From positions 219,884-283,883 of the forward strand of contig NMRA01000169.1 in assembly GCA_002633005.1 (NCBI GenBank): 64,000 bases of DNA, written 5' to 3'. The number at the start of each line of letters is the position of its first letter. Positions within the stretch are counted from its first letter, which is position 1. Under the pieces are notes generated by a model, which had not been told where the DNA came from, made no database searches, and worked only from the letters and a program-made list of their open reading frames with translations. The position numbers and the translations under genes were made by a program. This DNA comes from Phoronis australis. Taxonomy: Eukaryota; Animalia; Phoronida. Positions 49,201-61,200 of the stretch are shown in pieces.

Positions 49201-52200
49201 ATTTTATAACAAAGTTTTTCTAGTTTGTTTTTTATCTCCCTATGCCTTTGTATGGTTGGCAATGTGGTATTAGCAACAAGAAGATATTATTTGATAAGAA
49301 TGAACAGCCAGGCTTTTTGGAGATTCTGTACATTTTATAAAATGGCGCACTTTGGCAGCACGCGAGTCATCTATCAAAAAAAGTAGATTAATTTAACCAC
49401 GTTAAAGTCTGTGTGACATTGTTTAAGTAGAAACGTTTTGAAATTTAGGATTTATTTTGCATTTTCTTTCAAAAAACAAACAGTATTCAAATTGAATCCA
49501 GATTGGTATCCAGAATCTTTAAAGCGGCATCTAAGTACCAAAATGTTTAGATGTAGACCACTTATTTTTTACAAAATTGATCTCAAAATTGTTCTCTTGT
49601 CAAAATGGCTCAGAAAGAACTGACAGTTTGCTATTTCTGACGGTTCTTTCCCAGCCCAGAGATCCCCTGTGAGGAACAAGATAAGGTCAAATGTTGAATG
49701 GTATTATGTGTCCTCCATCAGAACTTGGTATTCGTCAGTAAGTATGGGTTTAATGCCACTTTAATTGAGAAACATAAAATCTGGGGATGGGAAGATAGGA
49801 AATTTAACGAAAGTTGAGAACAGCGGTTTATGTGAAGGGCCAGTGTGAAGTCAGCACTTGAGAAGTGCTTGCCTCAAATTATCATTGGCTGAGCATAGGT
49901 AGTGTAGTTATTGGAAAGGTAACAGTTGAAGCTTTGGGAGCTTAAATGCTCTGTGTTTACAACAGCCTGAAAACTGGTTTTTAACAAGTTGAAGGGTGAC
50001 ACTAGACAGGTTGGACAACAGGTCAGGCATTTGTCTGGAAGAATAATGTCAATAGGTGAGACTGATGTACGATGCATTATTCATGATATAACGGAAATGC
50101 TCTGGAGATAGATGTTCATCACGATCACGTGGGGTCAATATCAATGTGGATTAAAGTACATACCATAGACATGCGATAAATACTTTCGGTCATCCAGTTG
50201 AGTAAATAATAAAATTATGTAGAAAATTAAATCAATTACTGGACTTGTGGATTGAGTTGGCTACGTTGCGTCCTCCTCTCGAGGACTTCGGCAGGCCAAT
50301 GAGATGTCACGCGACTCGTCATGTTATCGACAGCGGGATACTCTTTAGTGCCCTATCCCATGTCTGTTTTGGCTGACGATCACATGATGAGTCACGTGAC
50401 ATCTCAGCGGCCTGCCAAAGTCCTCAAGAGGAGGACGCAACGTAGCCAACTCAATAGAAATGTTGAGAAAAAATGGTAAATACCTGCCCAGTAAATATAA
50501 AAAAGAAGCATTCTGCTCTACATTGTTTAAAAAATGTCGTTATTTTTGTCATTTTCTTTGAAACCATTTTTCAGCAGACACTGTCAATTTCAGTGCCAAG
50601 CATTTGTCAAGTTTCCTCGCATATATTACAGCCACGTCTCGAAGGTTGCTTGTTTCCACTGTTGGTTGGCAGTTCTGGTTTGTTAGTAGAAGCTAGCTCG
50701 ACACAATAAGATCATGATGATAAATTTCAAGTTAGTTGAGTAAACTGCCAGATAATTTTGGCTTGAAATTCATCCAAGTTTGCCATAGTCTAATGCCTTT
50801 TCCATTATTCTTGTTATCTCACCTTCAATAAGAGCTAGGTCATGAAATATATTCTAAAATTTCTGTTACACTTCATTATTACACTGTCACAACCAACACA
50901 TCCTCACAAGTGTGTCGATTCATGATAACGATCATCAGATGGCACTGTTGGTGCTTGCCGCTTCTTCTTTTTTGCGTAATATCTCGCACCACCATAATTG
51001 TTATTGGCCTTAGGAGCTTTAGACTGGAATCTGTCATCCCCATACGAGAAATCCTCCATATTGATGGAGCCAATTTCAGAGTCCTCCTTTTCAGGCAACG
51101 GTTCGTATGTTTCTGGATCGAGTGTGGTCTCATCATGTCTCTGTTGATGCTCCATTGGATGCCATAGGGGGTTCTGTTTGGAGTGTCTCCTATCGATACC
51201 ATTCTCCATGGGTATGAAATTGGCTGGCAGTCCCCGTGTGCCAATAATAATGGGTAGAAGGATGTTCATGCCCGTACAGCCATGTAGTTCCACTTGAAAT
51301 AACAGCTCGTAGCTAACATCAATCAGTCTGCTGTAGTCCAATTGTGTCTCCGGAACATAAGGTGGAATGGCTAAATGGACGCTGTTCCATCGCCGTCCTT
51401 CCCCGATTGTCAATTCATACTCGTCGCGTTTCTTGCTGATTATTTGAGTGTTTGTCATCATTTCTTTCTGTGCATAGAATATACTATTCATGATGAAGCT
51501 GACCTGGAGGGCAGTGACTAATTTTGGACTCCCATTAGAGATCTCTGCACTGATCACTATGTCCTCACCTGGTGTAAATGCCTGGCGGTTTGTCTGCAAC
51601 ATCACCTTGAGCTTACCACTGAAACAACAGATTCCGTAATACTTCTTCTCTGCATCGCACTCATATGACAATAGTTTATCAGGGTACCTTGCGAGGTCAA
51701 GAGGTCGCAACACAAGGAAAGGCTCACTCGTGATGGTCTGGTCTCCATACTTTCGCTCGGGGTTCATAGTTGCCCGGACAAGATACGTAACACTGCCGTA
51801 CTTTCCAATGAACGACGATGGCAAGTTTGACGGAAGCTGGTGATAAAATGGAAACTCGTGAACTCCTTTTGACAAGAGCAGGCTCTCGCCATCGGACGAG
51901 CGGACCAGGGTCTCGCTGATGTCTATGTATGTCTCTGTTGCGGCACAAGTTTTGTTCCTCTCCGCATGATCCCAGGAAACAGTTCCCTCCCCCTTGATCT
52001 GCAGCTGTATGTTATTCACTTTTACAGACTCGTTAAGTTTGATCACCACACTTCCTTTTAGCTCCTCCCCTGGAGCATACTGATACTGCTCATCGATATC
52101 ATGTTCCAGTGCAATATCAACACTTTGAATTTTCTTTGTCCGCAGACTATAGTATCCTGCAGGATACTGCAACATGTTGAGTTCTGTGTTTGCTGTTTCT

Positions 52201-55200
52201 TAAACACCTTTCATGCACCTGTAGCAATGCTGTTAGTTAATGTCATTTATCCTAAAATACGCCAAAAGTGGACGAGACTCTTGAATGGTATTCTCAACTT
52301 GTCCAGACTGTTGTGTCATCTGCAAAACAATGGAAATTTACAGATACGAAGGTTACCAAATCAATGCTGCGTTTGGTAGTCGCAAAAATCTTGCGAAACA
52401 GCAAGATCCTGCAAATCTACACGAGATATAGCCATGTTTTGATCACAATGGCTGGCTGACCTCACGAAGTTTGGAAAAATCTTCAGTTCAGGACACCATC
52501 TGGTGGATAAGTGGAATTTCATATTACTGAAATTTCATGAAAAGATATTAACTTCTGAAGGCCATTCACTTCCTAGATAAAGTATAGACAAACTTTTGTA
52601 TGAGTTTGCAGGGTTGTGGGACCCAACTCTTCCTCTCATTTGTTGGATTCAAATAATGCAGTTGTACATTCTCTGGTTGCTGTGTTTAGTTTTATTCCAC
52701 CTGGCTAACTGGTGTCCCACAATCCTTTGCAGATATCCTATAAATTTTTAATCATAAAAAGATCAATGGTACAGCTATCGCTAAACAACATGGTCGTGGT
52801 GATTTTGAGCACTTCTTGCTTGAAATAAGCCTTTGAAACATGAAAAGGGAACTGCTATTTTAACAAAATAATTTTGTCTCCAATTGAAAAGAACTTTTCC
52901 GGCTTGTCTGTTTGCTGAAAGTGATAACCGTGGGATACACAGCAGTGCTTTCATATGTGAATTACCATTGTTCGCTCCATTAGTGTTTCTGTGGGACTAA
53001 CTCCTTTGTGCATTGCCATTACCAAAATCACCAAATAAAGGCAATTAGCCTCATAGATTTTGTAACATTTACACTCGTTTCAATGTATTAAGTATTAAAT
53101 ATCGATCCTCTACATGACGTATTTTATAAAGACAGACGTAAGTTAGCAATATATTCATGTCTTCCTCCTTTTACTTGTGTGCGAGGAGACACAGTCTTCC
53201 CTATTTCAAAATGATGATTAATTTGAAGGCATAATAAATCTTAGTGGTCATGAAGATTTCCATACATGCCGCAGAGGAGATGCTACAAAAGTATGTACGG
53301 TATTTTCTAGTTTGGGACAAAGAATGATATTGATGCTTTCACATCTCTAGGCCTTCCTGTCAATGGTTTTGTTGAAAAACACCTTAGTTTTAGAAACTAC
53401 AGGTAATCAAGATGCTTATTTTTATTGATTTCCTAATGATTAGATACTGTATCACTTGCTTCGAAGTGGTAGAAAAGACCTTAAGATTACAGGAAAATTA
53501 TTAATTTTTAATGCCTGAAGAAAAGCTTGACATATACTGAACTGAATTTCCTTCGATTTACACGTCCATCCGAAAAACCAAAATCAAAACTCGGTCGCAA
53601 CAAAAATGGTCCCCGTTTTTTCCTCACTATGATTTCATTGTTAAGACCAGCCTGAGCTCTCAGAGTCATTTTAGAAAACCATAGGGTTGACCAGTCATAC
53701 CAGCATTTGACCTATCCAATTCAATGTTAACTCATGGAAAAGTAAAGTTATTAACTATAGTTCTAGTAATTGTTTTAGAACTTCCATCAAATAACCTAGA
53801 AACACGACTTGTAATTGAAATCAACTGTTCTTATGCTGACACACCAGCTGTGAGCCCAGGTTAAGGCATGTAATACCACACTGTAAAACGCACTAGAGTC
53901 AGTTTATAGTGAATCAACCACCGGTGTCACGGTATTATACTTTGGACAGGAGTGCACATAGAAGATAGGGTACGCACCTATTTACAGAGTGGGCTGGAAA
54001 ACGGAGGCTCATTTGCATGGAACTAAAATAAAAAGTAGCCCTTTCATATGGTTTTGTCCAGAAACAACATTCTTTTCTTTTGGGTTAGTTCCATGAATCT
54101 TAACCATTTCGTAATCACTTATGGACAACTGAACTTTGTGTTCTTTTTCACTGACCATTGAGCAAGAAATGACAAAAGACTGTCATGTTGTCAAAAATAA
54201 GTTTATGATTTGTGAAAAAAGTTTTTGAAATATAGATAACATTTCGTTCTGTTGTTTTGTGGAGCTGGAAAATAACTTATGTGTTAAGTTTGGTGGTTCT
54301 CAAAGTTAACCCTTGTTGGAGAGAATGTCAGAAAAGGCACCCTTTTGTTGAGAATGCTGTCACAAAACTTAAGGCAGTCCTTCATAGCAAACTAGTTTTG
54401 AAAAAGTCACTCTACTGTCACATATCCATTTTCTATTTCCTTGTTCAGCATCACTGACTTCCAAAACATTGCACTTATGTGGTGTCTGGATTGCAAGATC
54501 ATGCCGGGGGAACTAAGCACCGGGCTTTATCCAGGATTTCAAAAATAGGATGTCCAAAATGGGGCTCCCAATATTCCAGGGCGTCCATGATTCCAATGAC
54601 GCATTACCCCGCTCCCCCTCTGCCCCCACACACAGTGAGGTTTTTTACAAAAATGCGTTGAACAGGGCTTTTACATCTAAGTTTACAAAAACAGCTCTGT
54701 TGTAGTGAGCTTTTTATTAAAAAAAACTGTGTGGATCAAGACTTTTATGTCTAAATTTACGAAAACAGCCAAATAGCTAACCAAACAGGTATTACATGTG
54801 CTACAGATATTGGTTGAAGGATGAGTGCAAATTACTGTTGTAAAGTTTATCATATCATCTTAACTAGCTTTATATTTTGTGCAATGAATCATCAAAGATG
54901 CAGTTACCAACACAATAAAAATACAGAGATGATATGTGGTTTATATTTTGGCAACAGGTGTCACTGCTGCTCCATATTAAGACGCACATAGAAAAGCATG
55001 AAACGGGCACAAACTCAAACATTTTAAATGGGGATATTCTTGTGGCACATCATATTATTAAAATAATGACATTTATTTTGTTTTTAATGTTTTTAAAAAA
55101 AGATGAAAAACATGAAACTACAACTCTGAAACACCAGTTTGGAGTTATAGGTTGGTGTCCCTGTATAAAGTACTGAATTGCAGTGAAATATAAAATCACT

Positions 55201-58200
55201 GAAAGCAGATACACTCTGGTAACCAAACAGGTGGTAGTGATTGACAGGTCTACTAAATACTTTGAAATTAGTTTGAACATTGCATCATTTTATATACATT
55301 GTGTATTTATTTCTGAGTTGAAAGGGCCAACTTCTCTCTAGATTAACTGGGAGTCCTAGTTATCTTATAATATGGTATCCAAAGGGAGAAATTCTGATTG
55401 ACAGGGCCTCTAAATGATACATTGGGGTCTTTGCCAGGCCTTCCAGATTAGTGCCAGGGCATTCAAATAGACGCCCAGGATTAGGCTGCATGAAGGCCTG
55501 GAACTGAGTTGTCTTCCACATAAGGGGTAGGGGGTGCCACCCATCACAATACCTTGGCTACTCAGAAATATTGGGTACCCAAACTGATGTTATTTGTTTA
55601 ACCCCCGTCAATTGTGTCCGATCCAAAATACCCAGTGACACAATATGAAACTGAGTAAAATATCCTCCAGACCTAAATTTGTCTTAAAACGAAACCTGAC
55701 GGGGTGAGAAACCCACCCACATGATAGGACAATGTATCAAGTTGACAGCACATCCTTACCAAATCCTCCTGTGCAGTGGATTCCCCCCCCCGAATCATTT
55801 TCTAAAAGCACTGTTTATTGATAATATGATCTCTGTCTGGGTTAAATACTTTATGACATGTATGAGACAGCAAAACAAATCTCATTTATTTTGGACCAAA
55901 AATTGCCAAAATAAGACTTTATCATTATCAATGTTTTAGTGAATGCCCACATTTTTCAAAATGTTGCCTGATGGTAGCTGTGGTCAAGAACTTGAACATT
56001 GAAAAGCATTGATTTGGTTCTACATGGTCAGGAATGAGAGAAGAAAATTTCAGTTGTCACTCACAGTATGCCTGAACTGGAGACCATTCACCGCAGTTCT
56101 TTGAAAGATGATGAATCAAAAATAATTGTCAAAGTTTAAAATTTCCATTTTTAACAGGCTGCTAATTTTTCTACAGATATGCAGGTGTTTTTTAATAACT
56201 TTACATTTCATATGCTTGGAATGATATACCAATTCCTTATTTTAGTTGAGAAATTCAATAAAATCAAACTTCACCTTGCAGTCATCATGTGCCCTAAATT
56301 AGTGAAATTGAAACAAATGAATTTTATCATAATATATTTAACACATGAATATTGTATGTTAGAGTCGCCTTTTTATCCTTCTGTGATGATAATCGTTCAT
56401 TGTGTAGCAACCATAAAACACATACAGTACAAGCCAAAAGAATTCAGACAAAATGACCCAGAATTCCCCATCATGACGGCTGGGTGGAAGTTGAAGTCAT
56501 CGTCAAAGTAGTCATCTCTCATGGCTGAGAATGGCGTATAAAGGATAATTATCAGGAAAGTGTGTAAGGGGGCGGAGCCATTTTGTATATGGAATTTCGT
56601 CACACTGATAGTTATTATCACAAGTTTTTGCTGTCAATAGAATTGGCCCTCGTGGTGGAGAAACAAAATTTTGCCTAATCATGTTTGTCATGTAGCTGGA
56701 CAGCACAATTTTGATAGAAGACCAAAATAATCAACACGCAATAGGTGAAACTGAAGTTAACAAATAAATGATTAACCAAAAATATGATTATATATGTTCT
56801 GTAAGTTAAGTTTGAAAGGGTATTTGACTGATGGGTTGGGTTGTATGCGTAACGTTAAGCAAACACTTTCACCATGGTTAGCTTATCAATCCGATGAGTT
56901 ATTGAAAACTCACTTAGCCAGGGATGTACCTTAAAGTCTCACCGATTTCGGACAAAAATAATTGCCAAAATTAGTGTTTATTTTTTTAAAGGTATTACAA
57001 TTTTTCAGAAATATTTGTTCGTCTTACCTATGGAATGGCACTTATAAATGAGTACAACATTTATTGAGTGCTACATACGATTTGTTAAAAAATAAAAATT
57101 AATATGTTTTGTATTGGTTTTTTTTCCTGTACATTTCATTCTGTCCTCTCTAATAATAGTACATGGTGTTTTGTTCCACTTACAAGAGCTGAGCTGTGCC
57201 ACTGACTTATGATGCAATTCAATCAGTTATAAGCAGGGTTCCCTAACCAAAGCAGAGCTTCTGTTATTGAATAGAACTCAGTAAATAGTGGATGAGATTT
57301 AGTGAGTGGGCAGCATTATGTAATGGCTTGGTGACCCAATGCCATCTATGGGGTGTGACTGATTTGTATATTGGATTAAAGATGGCCTAGGGAGTGCATG
57401 TGAAAGGGTTTGAGTAAAATACTCAGTGAATGACAAAATATAACTTATAATTCTTTTTTAAAACTGTTCTGAAGCAACTGTAACTTTCAATAAAGTTTTG
57501 TCTTTCACTTTCACAATTTTTATCAGGGTGCCCTTTATTGGTAGAATTTGGGAGCTTTGACAACTAAATTTCATCAACTTTGTTTGAAACTTGTAGCATG
57601 CTGCGAACTTCTATTCAATATAAATATCAATCTTGTCTACAGCTCTGTCTTCTCATGTAAGGACAGAAGTTACTACATAGAAATTAGTGAATCTGTGCTG
57701 TTGGTCATCGCATTTGGACAAGAGATTAGGGTTATCTGACAAGTAATTGATCGCTACTACACTCAGTGACTCAGGATCCCTGAAACTTGATTGTATACTT
57801 TTATTGAAAATTGTATTGTTTACTATGGCTGTTTAAAGCATAGTGTTGCTAATGAGTGACTGAAATGTCTGTGTGTTTAAATCGCATCCGTTTGGTAATT
57901 GTTACACCTGATCCTAAACATGTGGTATTTTTGTGCAAATACCGACAAATAAGTGAAACAGGGTTCACTCGACACACCTTGCTGTATTTGTACATAGATT
58001 TAGTTAATAAAAATTGATTCCTGCCTTACCTGTGCTCAAGTTGCCACGCATGTCCTGAGTTGTCAGCCGGCTTCATTTCTACTGGTTTTCTAACTGAGTT
58101 CCCATCCCATCCAGAGGACCAAATCAATACTTGTTGTAAATAGCTTACCTGAGTAAACACCACAGCTTAAGTGCTCAGTAGGGGTTACTGTGATTCATTA

Positions 58201-61200
58201 TGCAAGCCCTCAACATGGATAACGTCAATACAATTTACTGGTTGCAAGTTCAGTGGAGACATTGGTGCTTGGTCTACCTGTAACATGGATAAGAACGTCT
58301 GTGTGGGACCTTATTGTTGCTTTGCATAATGGGTGTTTCTGTGTGTATAGAAATGCTTAGGAGAGCTTTTTATGTAGAGTTCACAGCTCCTTGGCCCAGC
58401 CCAGTCTTTTGTGTGCAAGCATTCATGCATGAGCATTCACTTGATATCAGACCTGTTTTGACTTGGGTATTGGTCTAAAAATGCATGGTGACCTCTATTG
58501 ATTTATTGGAAAATAAAAAATAAGTGGTGTGTTATGACTTCAGTTTCTCTGTTGAGTGAACAAAGTTTACCTGTTCATGAGGCATGCAGCACTCACTGTT
58601 CTCCAAACCATTTTGGCTGTGCCATCAAATTTTGTATGGTGATTCTACCCTGGTTTTGCACAGAAGTAATTATTGCTAAAATTGCTATTTTCCGAATTTT
58701 CTAAAGCTGGTTATAAAGGTGATGGAAAGTTTACCAAATGCTGTTTTATGACACCTACAAAATAGAAACCAAGCTTGTTATAGGTTAACATTTTCTGGGT
58801 ATTTATTTTTATGGGAAAATTTGACAAATCTAATTTGACTTGCCGGCCATATTGTGTGCTAAATTGGAGAAGACATGGTATTGTTTTATCCTTGTTATGG
58901 TAAAATTTAAACTTGAGGAAACCATTGGTGGAAAAATTATGTGAACTTTTTTACAACTGTTATGATATGGTACATCTTTTGGTGAGCTAGAATATAGATT
59001 TGAGCTCCACCCAAATAAGTCAGTCACACAGAATTGAAAATTTTAATGAGTAATCCCGTCCACACACATACATGTACTTACCATAGAACAACTTGCATTA
59101 GTGTCACTTGCCCTACTTTAAGTGCAGCGTCCACACACATGTATCCCATAACTGGGGTAAGGCGAAAGCTATCATTCTGTGCATGACAGTGGACAGTTGA
59201 TGCGAATACAGCGCGCCTAAGAAGATTCGTTTGGATGTAATTGCAGCTGATAGTTACTTCCACCATGCCCCAGGTTTGTGCCTGCACAGCGACTATAAGT
59301 GGCGCAAGTTAACCTAAAACAAGTTACCCTTCCTTGATAAAGTCAAGTAAGTTGTCACAAGTCGGGCAAGTTGCACTTGTTTAAGTGGTGTCCAGACAGT
59401 TCCCAAACCTAGCGCAACTCGTTTCAACAGTAACTTGCTCTTTATGTGGAGGGCACTTTACTTAGCCTTATTTTTATGAAAGTAAAAAATAACTGCTCAC
59501 CTTCATCCCAATGCAGAAGTTATGGCTGCATGAAAAGACTGACATTGCTGAAAAAATTCTTAAGACTTGGGAATTTTTTGTTTTGTGATGTAACAGGAAA
59601 TTGTATTGAACTAATCACTTTAAAGTTGGTAATAACTTATAAATTCAGATTTTATTTTTTGTTACCCTAAGATCAGTTTGCTTAAGCTCATTAATTTTAG
59701 GGTATCAAAATGTCAGTTTAAGAAGCATCCTGCAATATGTACCACTGTTTACTGGGACACTGACACTTTAAAAGGATATGCAGTAGAAAAGATGGAGGGG
59801 GGGGTGAAAATTCATAAATTTCGGGGAAAGGAGTTGCTTAGCTGAACATGGATTATAATGTGATTGAGTAAGCTAAGTACTGCGAAACTTTGTAAATATG
59901 AATTTAAAAATTAGTGCTCAGGTTACCAATCACCGCAAGCTTTTTAATTTCCAAATTTAAGTATTCAGAACATTAATAAGTATAGTACCTTCTAAGTGTT
60001 GTAAACAGTTGTATTAATGTTACGTAAGACATTATCAACTTTAGCCAAATATGAACACAACATATAGATTTGAACTCAGTAAAAATGTTTATTTTCTGAA
60101 AGTATAAAGCTTGTAGAATGTCTTTTTACCAATGTTTAATAATTTGGTCACATGACCATGTTTTAGTACAGTCAAGCAAATAAGAAAGGTACATTGGTAG
60201 CAGAACAATGGTTTCAATAACATGATATTCAAATTTTGTTTGATATAAAGATTCAAGATGAGATCTAAAAGCATTCTAATTTTCTATTCATTTTCGTTTC
60301 ATGCAACTTAAAAAAAAGTTTTTTCATGGAAGACCTATTTTTTTAAATCTCTCATACAAAAGTGGAACATTTTAAAAACAAATCCCTAATAGCCTTTTAG
60401 AGAACTGCATAAAATAACAGTATCTGAAAGTTTGATACGAATCCAATCAGCTGTTTCTGAGATCTGATGTTCCAAAGTTAGCCATTTATTTAGGGCACTG
60501 CTTAACTTTAAATTTACATTGGGCCTGCCACTATCATTAACCAACCAGCCTGAGCATAAACTGTCAGTTTTTAATTTATTGTAATTCCTCTCTATAGTTG
60601 CCAAGGACTCCAATTCCCCTCACACTGGTTGATATGATGAAGACAGCGAAGGGAACCAACTTCTACATTTTAACCGAAGCGGGTGAGTGTGGCATCCCAC
60701 CAGAGGGGGCTGTGGAGGCTGAGGGTTCAAGGTCAGAGATCAACCTGACATTCCTGACAGAGACGGGCGGAGATGAGAAGAAAACCCCAGAGTACATCAC
60801 CAAACAGGATATCCCAGATGAGATGTTCTTTGAAATTAAGAAGATGTATGTGTGTTGTGCGATTTTTTATAGAATTTGCATTTCACTCATTCCAGCAGTT
60901 CAGCACCATTAGATAAGACCAAAGAAAATAGCGTAATAGGTTCTGATAGATGTTCTTTTTGAACATTTATGTGATGGTACGATATTTCTTTTAATTTTTC
61001 ATATTTTTGAAAATAAAAGTCTCGGTATTTAAATACAATGTTTAGCAAGACTGCTGTGTGAAAATTTGAATGAAAAATATTCAGTGAGTTTTAGTGTATC
61101 CCAGAAGGCATTCAAGTGTTGTTCTGCAGTTTTAGAAAATTATGATTTTCTTTTGAACAGTTTGTAATACGTAATGTGATGTAACGTTTCAAACATTCGA

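Noticed and set aside
50879-51244. 121-aa alternative-frame ORF overlapping the arrestin tail
   Set aside because: No recognisable motif or own splice signals; expected by chance within coding DNA.
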